The notes under the pieces are model-generated. The model searched no databases. It was not told the DNA's origin and worked only from the letters and a program-made list of their open reading frames with translations. Positions 15,371 to 29,621 of a DNA stretch of 64,000 bases are shown in pieces (the stretch's first letter is position 1; every line of letters starts with the position of its first letter). Where the stretch lies: positions 55,180,001 through 55,244,000 of the forward strand of contig OX597822.1 in assembly GCA_951406725.2 (NCBI GenBank). Direction: 5' to 3'. Position numbers and translations under genes: made by a program. The stretch is from Octopus vulgaris (lineage: Eukaryota).

Positions 15371-15746
15371 TGTTTACCAACCACATGGTTCCGGGTTCAG
15401 TCCCACTGTGTGGCACCTTGGGCAAGTGTCTTCTACTATAGCCTCGGGCCGATCAAAGCCTTGTGAGTGGATTTGGTAGACGGAAACTGAAAGAAGCCCG
15501 TCGTATATATGTATATGTATATATGAGTGTGTGTGTTTGTGTGTCTGTGTTTTTCCCCCTAGCATTGCTTGACAACCGATACTGGTGTGTTTATGTTCCC
15601 GTTACTTAGCGATTCGGCAAAAGAGGCCGATAGAATAAGTACTGGGCTTACAAAAGAATAAGTCCTGGGGTCGAGTTGTTCGATTAAAGGCGGTGCTCCA
15701 GCATGGCCGCAGTCAAATGACTGAAACAAGTAAAAGAGTAAAAGAG
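15371..15746 (+). mobile_element. SINE family A
   Basis: Near-complete copy; tail-to-tail with the next copy. Confidence 0.85.
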
Positions 15747-15758
15747 TATATATATATA

Positions 15759-16243
<485 letters not shown>

Positions 16244-16626
16244 TATTATATATATTTAATACATACAAGGGTCAAAGATCCTTTCTGAGCCCTAGACTCA
16301 CGAGGCCAGTTTGCCGGATTCTGTGACATATACTCCCCACTGGACAGGACGTCGGTCCATTGTAGGATTACTCCTTTTTTTCTACCTGAGTGGACTGGAA
16401 CAACGTGAAATGAAGTGTTTTGTTCAAGAACAGCAAGGACCTCCCGGTCAACGAATCGAAGCCAGTCTTACAATTATGAGTGCAGCATCCTAACCAGTAA
16501 GACACGCACCTCTCTTTCTCTCTACACGCCTCACACACATACATACACACATACACACGTATATGCATACATTAAACATTGTATTATATTACATTATATT
16601 ATAATTATATTGCATTTGTTTCTTAC

Positions 16627-16815
16627 CTTTGATATCAGAAATTCGATGATGTGGCCGTGATTAAATAATGTAGCTCTATGAAGAGGCGTCATTTCTAAAA
16701 TGTCTTTCTGACGTAAAGCTTTCATGAAACTTTCCTCCTGGAGTTCTGACATCAACGAGACCATGTCTAAATTACCTTGAGCGCTAGCCAGATGAAGTGG
16801 ATTATAAAGGTCATC
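16627..16815 (-). CDS. TRPA1: TRPA1-like exon (DDLYNPLHLASAQGNLDMVSLMSELQEESFMKALRQKDILEMTPLHRATLFNHGHIIEFLISK), copy left of gap
   Basis: 189 nt, phase 0 to 0; LHRATLFNH resembles TRPA1 LHRASLFDH. Confidence 0.88.
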
Positions 16816-17025
16816 CTGAAGGAGACGAAAATCATTTTAATAATTTATACTACATCGTATTCTAGACTGCTTTTTTTTCTTTTGACTGATATATCTATTT
16901 TGATAAACTTTGGATGTAACCGAAAAAAATTCACTACTTCTGTTGTTTAATATACCATTTTTGCGGCGGCGGCGGCTACTGCTGCTGCTAATAGCAGCAG
17001 CAGCAGTAACAACAACAACAACAAG

Positions 17026-17076
<51 letters not shown>

Positions 17077-17113
17077 AAATAAATAAATAAAATAAATGTA
17101 ACAAACTCCTCAC

Positions 17114-17161
17114 CTGCTTCAAATCAATTCGTGATCCTGCTTCGAGACATACCCTCACAAC
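17114..17161 (-). CDS. TRPA1: TRPA1-like 48-nt exon (VVRVCLEAGSRIDLKQ), copy left of gap
   Basis: AG/GT bounded, phase 0 to 0; completes the ankyrin repeat begun in exon 22231-22328. Confidence 0.8.
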
Positions 17162-17414
17162 CTATAATCAAAATGGAATGTAATAAAAGGCATAATAAAT
17201 ATACAAATAAACGATGATGATATGGTTCTCATGATATTGTAGGGTAAGTAACTATGTTGCACAGTGTGGGCCAAAAGTCACACACAAAATAAGTGCAATA
17301 AGCTCCGGAATAGTCAAAAACATGCTTCGAATTTTCTAAAATAGAAAAGATAAACAAAATAATGATGAATACACATGAACCTGTACTTGATGAACAAAAT
17401 GAATAATAATAATG

Positions 17415-17507
<93 letters not shown>

Positions 17508-18152
17508 TAATCACTGGGTAATTTGCAAAAGCCTGGACTTGCTCCATGATAAAAACTGGTGGGAACACAAACCACTTCCAGTGCTTGAAAATGACCACAT
17601 CTCACTCCTCTGGAACTTCACCATTCAAACTGACAGAAAGATAGAGGCAAATATGCCAGACATCATATTGAAAGACTTCAGACAAAAATCATGCCTCCTC
17701 ATCGAGATGACTGTCCCAATTGATATAAACGTATCTGACAAGACCTACCAAAAACTGAGCAAGTATAAAGATCTTGAAATAGAAATTGACAAAATGTGGA
17801 ACCTCAAGACTAAAACACTGCTTGTTGTCATAGGTGCCCTAGCAATGATAGCAAAAGGGGCTGATTGCTACCTAGCTCAGATACCAGGAAACCCTAAAAT
17901 GGTAGAAATTCAAAAGATAGTGATCATGGGAACTGCCCATATCCTACGTAAAATACTGTCTATGTAATCTCAATTTTTAAACCAAGCTCATAATTTTCTT
18001 GTTTTCTTAAACATTCTCTAGAACAATACTATGTGAAAAACCAAATATATGACACCCTAGGCATAATACCAACATGAACTTCTAACTTGTTTCTTCAGGT
18101 CTCCGGGTGAGATTTGGAATCAACTTGTACAGATACAAAGCAAAAGTCAAAC

Positions 18153-18154
<2 letters not shown>
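17508..18154 (+). mobile_element. RLE-type (R4/Dong/NeSL-like) retrotransposon 3' end between (TAA)n tracts; duplicate at 20378-21024
   Basis: ORF 17539-17967 WNFTIQTDRKIEANMPDII...IEMTVP...KLSKYKDL...GTAHILRK (PD-(D/E)xK nuclease). Confidence 0.85.
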
Positions 18155-18224
<70 letters not shown>

Positions 18225-18229
18225 TGATG

Positions 18230-18306
<77 letters not shown>

Positions 18307-18537
18307 GTTAATTGACCCGACATAATTCTTAAAGGGAGAAGAAAATACTTGCAGACTAATAGTTATAGGTCTTTCTACTGATACAATATATTTGTATCAG
18401 TAGGAACACCTATGTAAAGAATTTGGTAAACTTAGTAAATATAAGGACCTGGAAACTGAAATACAAAAGATGTGGAAACTTAAAGTAAAACCTGTTCCTG
18501 TTATTGTAGGTGCACTAAGTATGATAAAAAAAACGAA

Positions 18538-18637
18538 NNNNNNNNNNNNNNNNNNNNNNNNNNNNNNNNNNNNNNNNNNNNNNNNNNNNNNNNNNNNNNN
18601 NNNNNNNNNNNNNNNNNNNNNNNNNNNNNNNNNNNNN
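18538..18637. other. Assembly gap (100 N)
   Basis: Run of exactly 100 N. Confidence 1.
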
Positions 18638-18867
18638 ATATATATACTCTCTTACTTTTACTTGTTTCAGTCATTTGACTAAGGCTATGCTGGAGCACCG
18701 CCTTTAGACAAGCAAATCGACCCCAGGACTTATTCTATCGGTCTCATTTGCCTAACCGCTAGGTTACGGGGACGTAAACACACCAGCATCGGTTGTCAAG
18801 TGATGTTGGGGACAAACACAGACACATACATATACACACACATACATACATACATACATACATACAT

Positions 18868-18950
<83 letters not shown>

Positions 18951-19498
18951 TACGACGAGCTTCTTTCAGCTTCCGTCTACCAAATCCACTCTCAAGGCTT
19001 TGGTCAGCCCGAGGCTATAGTAGAAGACACTTGCCCAAGGTGCCACGCAGTGGGACTGAACCTGGATCCATGTGGCTGATAAGCAAGCTACTTACCACAC
19101 AGCCACTCCTACGCCTATTATATATATTTAATACATACAAGGGTCAAAGATCCTTTCTGAGCCCTAGACTCACGAGGCCAGTTTGCCGGATTCTGTGACA
19201 TATACTCCCCACTGGACAGGACGTCGGTCCATTGTAGGATTACTCCTTTTTTTCTACCTGAGTGGACTGGAACAACGTGAAATGAAGTGTTTTGTTCAAG
19301 AACAGCAAGGACCTCCCGGTCAACGAATCGAAGCCAGTCTTACAATTATGAGTGCAGCATCCTAACCAGTAAGACACGCACCTCTCTTTCTCTCTACACG
19401 CCTCACACACATACATACACACATACACACGTATATGCATACATTAAACATTGTATTATATTACATTATATTATAATTATATTGCATTTGTTTCTTAC

Positions 19499-19687
19499 CT
19501 TTGATATCAGAAATTCGATGATGTGGCCGTGATTAAATAATGTAGCTCTATGAAGAGGCGTCATTTCTAAAATGTCTTTCTGACGTAAAGCTTTCATGAA
19601 ACTTTCCTCCTGGAGTTCTGACATCAACGAGACCATGTCTAAATTACCTTGAGCGCTAGCCAGATGAAGTGGATTATAAAGGTCATC
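19499..19687 (-). CDS. TRPA1: TRPA1-like 189-nt exon (DDLYNPLHLASAQGNL...EMTPLHRATLFNHGHIIEFLISK), copy right of gap
   Basis: cttcag| ... |gtaaga, phase 0 to 0; identical to 16627-16815. Confidence 0.75.
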
Positions 19688-19896
19688 CTGAAGGAGACGA
19701 AAATCATTTTAATAATTTATACTACATCGTATTCTAGACTGCTTTTTTTTCTTTTGACTGATATATCTATTTTGATAAACTTTGGATGTAACCGAAAAAA
19801 TTCACTACTTCTGTTGTTTAATATACCATTTTTGCGGCGGCGGCGGCTACTGCTGCTGCTAATAGCAGCAGCAGCAGTAACAACAACAACAACAAG

Positions 19897-19947
<51 letters not shown>

Positions 19948-19984
19948 AAATAAATAAATAAAATAAATGTAACAAACTCCTCAC

Positions 19985-20032
19985 CTGCTTCAAATCAATT
20001 CGTGATCCTGCTTCGAGACATACCCTCACAAC
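19985..20032 (-). CDS. TRPA1: TRPA1-like 48-nt exon (VVRVCLEAGSRIDLKQ), copy right of gap
   Basis: ttatag| ... |gtgagg, phase 0 to 0; identical to 17114-17161. Confidence 0.75.
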
Positions 20033-20294
20033 CTATAATCAAAATGGAATGTAATAAAAGGCATAATAAATATACAAATAAACGATGATGATATGGTTCT
20101 CATGATATTGTAGGGTAAGTAACTATGTTGCACAGTGTGGGCCAAAAGTCACACACAAAATAAGTGCAATAAGCTCCGGAATAGTCAAAAACATGCTTCG
20201 AATTTTCTAAAATAGAAAAGATAAACAAAATAATGATGAATACACATGAACCTGTACTTGATGAACAAAATGAATAATAATAATGATAATAATA

Positions 20295-20377
<83 letters not shown>

Positions 20378-21022
20378 TAATCACTGGGTAATTTGCAAAA
20401 GCCTGGACTTGCTCCATGATAAAAACTGGTGGGAACACAAACCACTTCCAGTGCTTGAAAATGACCACATCTCACTCCTCTGGAACTTCACCATTCAAAC
20501 TGACAGAAAGATAGAGGCAAATATGCCAGACATCATATTGAAAGACTTCAGACAAAAATCATGCCTCCTCATCGAGATGACTGTCCCAATTGATATAAAC
20601 GTATCTGACAAGACCTACCAAAAACTGAGCAAGTATAAAGATCTTGAAATAGAAATTGACAAAATGTGGAACCTCAAGACTAAAACACTGCTTGTTGTCA
20701 TAGGTGCCCTAGCAATGATAGCAAAAGGGGCTGATTGCTACCTAGCTCAGATACCAGGAAACCCTAAAATGGTAGAAATTCAAAAGATAGTGATCATGGG
20801 AACTGCCCATATCCTACGTAAAATACTGTCTATGTAATCTCAATTTTTAAACCAAGCTCATAATTTTCTTGTTTTCTTAAACATTCTCTAGAACAATACT
20901 ATGTGAAAAACCAAATATATGACACCCTAGGCATAATACCAACATGAACTTCTAACTTGTTTCTTCAGGTCTCCGGGTGAGATTTGGAATCAACTTGTAC
21001 AGATACAAAGCAAAAGTCAAAC

Positions 21023-21097
<75 letters not shown>

Positions 21098-21108
21098 TGA
21101 TAATAATA

Positions 21109-21177
<69 letters not shown>

Positions 21178-21179
21178 GT

Positions 21180-21680
21180 TAATTGACCCGACATAATTCT
21201 TAAAGGGAGAAGAAAATACTTGCAGACTAATAGTTATAGGTCTTTCTACTGATACAATATATTTGTATCAGTAGGAACACCTATGTAAAGAATTTGGTAA
21301 ACTTAGTAAATATAAGGACCTGGAAACTGAAATACAAAAGATGTGGAAACTTAAAGTAAAACCTGTTCCTGTTATTGTAGGTGCACTAAGTATGATAAAA
21401 AAAACGAATGTCAGAAACATTTAGACAACATCCCAGGAGAACCATATCTCACAGAAATCCAAAAGATTGTGCTGACAAGTACTGCTCACATCCTAAATAA
21501 AACCCTATCAGTTTAAATGTTTATGGCGTATTTTTCTACCGTCCTCACCAATTCCGCTCACCAAGCTTTCAATTATATTTCAACATCTCTTAAGCTTCGC
21601 TTGCCCTAGGGCGCTGGGTGTCTGCCGTCAAGTGACTGCATCAAATATGCAGATTAAAAGTATAAAACGTAATATAAATA
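21180..21680 (+). mobile_element. Second RLE-type retrotransposon 3' fragment
   Basis: KLSKYKDLETEIQKMWKLKVKPVPVIVGALSMI...TAHIL. Confidence 0.7.
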
Positions 21681-22230
21681 AAATGTCAAATGTTTTGGTG
21701 CGTGACTTTTGGCTCACTCTCTAATTAAAATAATGGAGACAAACAGATACACACGCACGCGTGCGCTCATATGTATGTTGTATATAAAACAGGGTTCGCA
21801 GAAAGTGGTGGTGGTCTGCATTGGTAATAATTATATTTAAAGTTCAGGATTTGAATAAAATATGTATGCTATGTGGAGAAGAGGTATAGGGTGCTTCGAC
21901 TTTTTTTTCTTGTTAGAAAAAGAGAGGGGAGAAGGCAGAAAGAGGCAGAGGTGAAAGAGAAGGCTACAAGGAGAAAGAGACAGGGAGATAAGACAACGGG
22001 AAGAGAAAGGCTGTTTGGCGAAAATCTTTGCAAGTGTGTTTTAAACATTTTAGTGTTTGGCGCAAAAATAGTTAACTACGGTGTTTATAAAAAAGCACGT
22101 GCACGCGCATACACACACACACTCTCCCCCTCTGTTTCCCATCTCATTCCTCTCCCCTTCCCCACATGTATTATAGGAAACATCTGGATTGATAAGATCG
22201 GAACTGATTAGAAGTGTGAAATACATTTAC

Positions 22231-22328
22231 CTCTAAAGACCCACTCCGAACGGCAGAATGCAATGGTACATTATTATCTTTGTCTACATAGGAGAGTGCT
22301 CTGCTCAGGTCTTTCCCTTGGTCTGATA
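22231..22328 (-). CDS. TRPA1: TRPA1-like exon (VSDQGKDLSRALSYVDKDNNVPLHSAVRSGSLE)
   Basis: 98 nt, ttacag| ... |gtaaat, phase 1 to 0; an (ATT)n tract abuts the acceptor. Confidence 0.9.
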
Positions 22329-22330
22329 CT

Positions 22331-22401
<71 letters not shown>

Positions 22402-22409
22402 AATAATTT

Positions 22410-24392
22410 TATAAGTGTGTGCACGGATGGAGTTCCAGCTGCGATGGCTGAAAATGAAGGATTTATTGCACAGCTTAAAAGAGTAAGCAAAGAACCGAGT
22501 GTACTGATTTCTTTTCATTGTATTTTACATCAGCAAAATTTATTTTAAGTGACACTTTGCAGAAGGTTATAAGTATTGTTAACTATATTCAAGCAACTGC
22601 CCTGAAGCATTGTCAACTTCTCAACATGCTGATGATGGATGACGAAATAATTAATTAATGTAGATTTGGCTTATCATTCAAATGTACGTTGGTTGTCACA
22701 AGGGAAAGAATTGGTCAAAACATTGTAATTTATCAGATCCAAATTTTTACAGAGATGTTGCATTTTTATGCCAAAGCAAAACGAGTTAAACATTTCGTTG
22801 CTAAGCAAAAATAAATGTGTTTCTGATATGTGGAAAAAAATTTGGGTATTTAGAAACAAATTGTCGTTTATCAAGTTTCTTTTGGCTCAATCAAAACTTT
22901 CAGAAAAACAGCTTACGAAGGCAATGAGTGAAAATGAAGAAGATATCTATGAATCTTTTGAAGAATACGAGTCAGTTTTAGACTCATTAATAGAAGAATA
23001 TAATAAAAGATTCAATGATTTTGAAAAACATAACATCATTCTGAAACTTGCTCTTCAGCCTCACTTAGTTGATGCATCAGAGGCTCCCGAAGAGTTACAA
23101 ATGTAACTTATGGAAATGTCTGAAGATAATATCCTGAAATCTCTGTTTGACATGAAGGAAAATCCCATTGAAATTTGGAAAAATGCGGTAGAATATCCTT
23201 GTCTCCGTGAGCTTGCACGCCGATTAATTTCCTGCTTTTCTTCAACGTACTGTTGTGAATGCACATTCTCGTACTTGACGCAAATCAAGAAGTCTCTGAG
23301 AATGGAATTGGCAGATGAGCATTTGGAGGACCAATTAAAACTAAGAACCACTATGTTAGAGCCTGATATGAAAATGTTTTCTAAAAAAAAAAAAAAGAAG
23401 CAAAATCAAAGAAGTCATTAATTTATATAAAAAATACTTACTTGCCTAAATTAAATATTTGGAAATGTTATATTCTCGATGTTAATAAGCTATCCTTTTT
23501 TTTAAAAATAAGATTATGATTCATTTACTTGTAGAGGCACAATGGCCCAGTGGTTAGAGCAGCGGACTCGCGGTCGGGGGATCGCGGTTTCGATTTCCAG
23601 ACCGGGCGTTGTGTGTGTTTATTGAGCGAAAATACCTAAAGCTCCACGAGACTCCGGCAGGGGTATGGGGTGGTGACGACCCCTGTTGTACTCTTTCAAA
23701 CCCAACTTTCTCTCACTCTCTCTTCTTGTTTCTTGAGTAACGCTGCGATAGACTGGCGTCTCGTCCAGCTGGAGGGAACACATACGCCATAGAAACCGGG
23801 CCCATGAGCCTGGTTAGGCTTGAAAAAGGCGCATAAATAAAAGTAAAATAATTCATTTACTTATTACTTGTATACATTGTGCCTGTTTACTTGAATAAAA
23901 TATTTGAAAAGTCATGCTTTCGATTTCTACACACGTGTCTTTCTTTTATTAGATTACTAATAAATTACTTAGGGGATAAAATTGTTTGTTCCTTCTCGAG
24001 CCATGCCTGGCTCATAGGACCGGTTTCCCGGTTTCCTTGGCGTATAGGTTCCCCACCTGGACGGGACGCCGGTCCGTCGCAGGTGAGCTGCAAGAGGAAA
24101 GAGTGAGAGAAAGTTGTGGCGAAAGAGTCAGCAGAAGTTTGCAATTATCTTCTGCCGGAGCCGCGTGGAGCTTAGGTGTTTCGCTCATAAACACACACAT
24201 CACCCGGTCTGAGATTCGAACCCGCGATCCCTCGACCGCGAGCCCACTGCACTAACCACTAGACCATGTGCCTCCACAGGGGATAAAATAACTAAAAAAA
24301 GAAAAAGAAAAAGAATTTGTTCAATGCGGCCTCTACGAGGGATGATGAATTGTAGGGTGGCCTTCATGCACAAAAAGGTTCCCTATCGCTGC
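22410..24392 (+). mobile_element. hAT (Buster/SPIN/GTF2IRD2-like) transposon remnant with nested SINEs
   Basis: CTDG, FHCILHQ, VRWLSQG, FSSTYCCECTFS..IK, QRSH*; putative terminus ggttccctatcgctg near 24390. Confidence 0.85.
23533..24278. mobile_element. Two SINE family C-related copies in opposite orientation (23533-23835 +, 23986-24278 -)
   Basis: tRNA-like head gaggcacaatggcccagtggttag...ggtttcgattt. Confidence 0.75.
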
Positions 24393-25283
24393 TTTAGAGT
24401 ATACTTATTTATGTGCAACAGGTGATTTATGTCGCTACTTTGAAGGCTTTCTAATGCAATAATGAAGTTAAATATAAATATAAATGATACATGAGACCTA
24501 GCAAGTCATATATTCTCATTGGTCACTCCAGGTCACGTAGTATTGATGTAGATTGTTATCGGTATGTGATTAAATAATGTTTGGGAACTGGAGTTCTAAT
24601 GTCCATTTCCATCCAGAAGTCATCTTGATCTCATATGAAAATGTGCCCAAATGAGATGTTCTTGAATGAAGCAACTCTACTTTTTATTATGCAGGCATGT
24701 TGTAAATGTTTTATCTCTGCTGTTTTAAGCCTCTGAATCAGCTTCCTTTTAAGCCTCTGAACCATGTATGAAGATGCATATATATATACGCTAATATCGC
24801 ACAGTGAGAATGAGCGCTAATTACTTTTTCATGAATTTAGTGAAGGCATTTGTGTTAAAACCCATAAATAAAGTACAACCCCCGCCCACACACGCACACG
24901 CGTATATAAATATATACATATATATATTTCGTTTTGGATTTGGTTTGCAAGATTCTTTATTTGAATTCGTGTCCCCAGAGACAAGTAGTGGTGTGATTCC
25001 CTTCATCGATATATATATATATATATACGACGGGCTTCTTTCAGTTTCCGTCTACCAAATCCACTTACAAGGCTTTGGTCGGCCCGAGGCTATAGTAGAA
25101 GACACTTGCCCAAGGTGCCACGCAGTGGGACTGAACCCGGAACCATGTGGTTCTTAAGCAAGCTACTTACCACACATAATTCTTATATTAGTAGATTAGT
25201 GTGGATAATTTTGTATCCATAAAACCATCTCGTCAGCTAAAACAATCGAATATGTTTCGTTAACTTTAGTAGATGTGATGGAG

Positions 25284-25662
25284 TGGAGGCGCAATGGCCC
25301 AGTGGTTAGGGCAGCGGACACGCGGTCGGAGGATCGCGGTTTCGATTCCCAGACCGGGCATTGTGAGTGTTTATTGAGCGAAAACACCTAAAGCTCCACG
25401 AGGCTCCGGCAGGGGATGGTGGTAAACCCTGCTGTACTCTTTCACCACAACTTTCTCTCGCTCTTTCTTCCTGTTTCTCTTGTACATGTATTTCAAAGGG
25501 CCAGCCTTGTCACAATCTGTGTCACGCTGAATCTCCTCGAGAACTACGTTAAGGGTACACGTGTCTGTGGTGTGCTCAGCCACTTGCACGTTAATATCAC
25601 GAGCAAGCTGTTCCGTTGATCGTATCAGCTGGGACCCTCATCGTCGCAACCGACGGAGTGCT
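25284..25662 (+). mobile_element. SINE family C, full length; another copy at 58800-59160 (-)
   Basis: ggaggcgcaatggcccagtggttagggcagcgg head with A/B-box-like motifs. Confidence 0.8.
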
Positions 25663-25865
25663 CCTAGATGTGATGGTTTTATGAGTGTAAAATTATTGAA
25701 ACGAATATACCAATGAAGGCTTCAAAACATCAATAATTTATTTTCTGCTTTTTTCAAGTATACATGCGCGCGCGCACACACACACACATACACGACACAG
25801 TTCAATGGCTAAAACTATTGAAAGAATATAAAGATGTATAAAATTATAAAAAACATGCTACTTAC

Positions 25866-25974
25866 CGAACTCAAAAAAGACATTCAAGGTTTTTGCTGAA
25901 CCACTGAGAGCTGCAGTATGAATCGGATAGAAACCAATTTCACACGTTTGACACAGTAAACTTCCATTTTCCAG
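25866..25974 (-). CDS. TRPA1: TRPA1-like exon (LENGSLLCQTCEIGFYPIHTAALSGSAKTLNVFFEF)
   Basis: 109 nt, ttccag| ... |gtaagt, phase 0 to 1; resembles the TRPA1 segment GCFPIHQAAFSGS. Confidence 0.92.
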
Positions 25975-25998
25975 CTGGAATTCGAGTTAAAGGTGGAC

Positions 25999-26073
<75 letters not shown>

Positions 26074-26086
26074 GCTGTTGTTATTA

Positions 26087-26154
<68 letters not shown>

Positions 26155-26653
26155 GAGTGAGAGAGCAGTGCATGCCATCAAAGTGACACTGGGGTAAAAT
26201 ATACGAAGCCCAGTATACCCATCATGACTACCTGTCTGTTAAGGATACGCCAGGCACATGCATCACGACTATATGTGCGTGATATGGTGATCTCATGTCA
26301 AGATAAACAGCACATGACATTGCAGGTGGGGCCCAGTTAGAATTTTCCTCTGATTGAGTAAACCAACCCGCTCAAAAGGTCCCTGAATAAGGGTTGTTTA
26401 AGGATGTTGAACGAAACACTCATGTTTCCAGAGGTGAATTATTCAAACCCCAAAGAATTCCTTTCAAGACATGGCTATGATGCTCCCCCACTACTTCTGT
26501 TCGTGATCAGAGATGCACATCTCGTCAGCCACTAGGGGACATGCTCAACTGGTTAAGGTCAAACAACTGACAAGCAAATCTGTGGTAGAGAGCAGAATAT
26601 TTGCCGTAGCCCATCAGAAGGCATGAGAGCCACTGCTTGGTACTGCATCAGGG

Positions 26654-26655
<2 letters not shown>
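26155..26655. mobile_element. ~540-bp non-coding interspersed element inserted in (ATT)n
   Basis: gagtgagagagcagtg...ctgcatcagggca; copies at 33611-34041 and 45034-45570. Confidence 0.8.
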
Positions 26656-26711
<56 letters not shown>

Positions 26712-27052
26712 GTTATTATTATTATTATTCTATGTTTGACTTTTGCTTTATATTTGTACAAGTTTGCTCCAAGTCTCACCCAGGGACCCATCAAGAGACA
26801 ACAGGTCATGGAAGTTCATGTTGTTGTTATGCCTAGTGTGCCATATATTTGGTTTTGTATTTAGTGTTGTACTAGTGAATGTCTTATTATTAAAACGGAA
26901 ATTATTATTATTATTATTATTATCATTCGTCTAACTCAGGTTTTGTCGGAACTCCTAGAGTCTTGCATGCGTAGCGGGCTTACTGCATACAGCCTGTATA
27001 TATTTGGTTTTGTATTTAGTGTTGTACTAGTGAATGTCTTAAAAAAACGGAA

Positions 27053-27147
<95 letters not shown>

Positions 27148-27635
27148 CATTCTTCTAACTCAGGTTTTGTCGGAACTCCTAGAGTCTTGCATGCGTAGCG
27201 GGCTTACTGCATACAGCCTACCGTACCATGTTGTTTGTTCTTTTTAACTATCTAATACTTTCCTGATGATTCTGATCATGCCAAGTAGGCTCTACAGGGG
27301 GACTTTCTTCCGATTTTCTTTACATTTCTCTTGATGCCTTTCTGATACTGCCGCCAAGGACCCAACAACAATTGACACAATCTTCACCTTCTTCATTTTT
27401 CACATTTTTCAATCCTCGTATTTATGAGGATTGTATGTGTCCATGTTTTCGTTTTCCTTCTTCACAGTTTCGGGGTTAAAGGGATATTTAACATCAATTA
27501 CAGAGTACATGTTGTTCAGATTGTCCACCACCAGTACGTTCAGCTTGTTATGCTAAAGCACCTGGCCTTCATGGAATAGGGAGTCCCACAGAATTTTGCA
27601 GTAGTAGTAGTAGTAGTAGTAGTGTTAATACTCAC

Positions 27636-27743
27636 CAGTATTTTAGCGCATTTGTAGCTATCTTTTGATGCAGTGCAGTGTAAAGGGGTGTTACCATCTT
27701 TGTTCCATGCATTTACATCAATAGACTTGTATTTTAGTAACAC
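27636..27743 (-). CDS. TRPA1: TRPA1-like exon (VLLKYKSIDVNAWNKDGNTPLHCTASKDSYKCAKIL)
   Basis: 108 nt, cctag| ... |gtgagt, phase 0 to 0; GNTPLH motif. Confidence 0.93.
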
Positions 27744-27778
27744 CTAGGAAAAGAAAAATATGAACAACACTTTAATAC

Positions 27779-27880
<102 letters not shown>

Positions 27881-28621
27881 TGAGAATGTTTGTCTGTATG
27901 TCTGCCTGCATGAATCCCTAAAACTTGAGAACTACACAACCAATTTCATTCAAATTTTACACATGCCTTACTTAGGGTCCATGTAGTGTCATGGGCAAAA
28001 AATGTTTAACTTCTTGCTTAGAGCGAGCCCCACAGCAATATTATATCTTCTCCACTATTTCAGTATTACGTGTTAAAAGTGTAACAAAAACTTCTCTCTA
28101 TTATAATGTCAGATGCTTTCACTTTAACAGTTTCACTTCAATACTGAAACTATAAAAGTGAAACTATTATATAAGAGGGATGAACTGTTAGTGGACATCC
28201 ATTTTGCTAGGAGAAGATCCGCTATGGTCTTACCACTAACAAAGGAATGGTAAGACCATAGTGGATCTTCTTCTAGCATAATGGATGTCCACTTATAAGT
28301 CATCCCTCTTATATGTATTTAATATAATTTTTTCTGAAACTTCAGACTTTTCAATATGCTATACCACTGGTTTTAAATTGATATTAATCAAATTAATATT
28401 CAATTTTTCATCCTTATTATTTTAAATTTAAATTTACATGTATATATATATATATATATATACAAATAAGAAAATGGAGAAACAAATTCATTTCGTTCAT
28501 CAACTTACGGATATTACAATTTCACATTATTTATTAATTACACAAATAGGAACATCAAAATCAAACAAAACAATATAAATCAATATGTAATATAATAATA
28601 AAAATAATACAAATAAACTGT

Positions 28622-28752
28622 TCCTTACAGCTGTTTCAGCCTATGGTCAAGAGTCAATTCAACTTATATTGCCTATAGATGTCAGTGTATTATGTTTTAG
28701 GCATTAAAAATTATACTTGTATCTTAAAAAAACCAAAGGCCTCGTCAGAGGA
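28622..28752 (-). ncRNA. Type-I hammerhead motif with long stem II insertion, sense to TRPA1 pre-mRNA
   Basis: tcct-CTGACGA-ggcctttgg...ccataggct-GAAA-cagctg-TA-agga; palindromic stem III ACAGCTGT; GUA triplet. Confidence 0.7.
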
Positions 28753-28845
28753 TATAATTAACTTGAAAAGTATAATAATAATATTGATATACAAAATATG
28801 CTTCACTTATCCAATATAAACAAATAAATAAGACAAATATCCAAA

Positions 28846-28896
<51 letters not shown>

Positions 28897-29264
28897 AACA
28901 TATATATACATATAAAAAATATACAAATATACATACTTATACATACATAGGCAAATCGTACATACTATTCACATGCGCAAAATACATAATGAACAACATT
29001 GAACAATATATTAGATTACATTGGTTATATCATGCGCCGTATAGTCAAGTAAATGCATTCTAATGTATATATACTACCAGGTTTAACAGTACCAACAGTA
29101 TTATTGTTTTAACGATAATACTAAACAGAAAATACGCACTATATTCATGTATACTAACATAACAAAAATTCACGAAACAAGGTACGAAGTATAAATATTC
29201 ACATTATCTAGATTATGTTTGTATGATTAATATATTCATACGCAAATATTTTGTTTGTGCATAT

Positions 29265-29323
<59 letters not shown>

Positions 29324-29588
29324 TATGTGTGTATGTGTGTGAATATTTATACTTCGTACCTTGTTTCGTGAATTCTTGTTATGTTAGTATACATGAATAT
29401 AGTGCGTATTTTCTGTTTAGTATTATCGTTAAAACAATAATACTGTTGGTACTGTTGGAGGCCCCAATCAAAACAGGGGACCCGAAATGATAAGGTTGAG
29501 AAACGCTGTTATAGATTATGCCTAACCGAAAACGATCACAGCCACATCGTCCAAACAGACCGGGTGAAACCGGACTTAGCTGCTAGTA

Positions 29589-29621
<33 letters not shown>

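Noticed and set aside
22768-23421. Domesticated GTF2IRD2/EPM2AIP1-like host gene
   Set aside because: Stops, frameshifts, 5' truncation and nested SINEs indicate a dead hAT copy
23533-23610. tRNA gene
   Set aside because: It is the tRNA-like head of a multi-copy SINE that continues into the SINE body; no complete cloverleaf
28169-28314. pre-miRNA
   Set aside because: It fits the repeat-derived fold-back class seen throughout the window, and sequence alone gives no miRNA evidence
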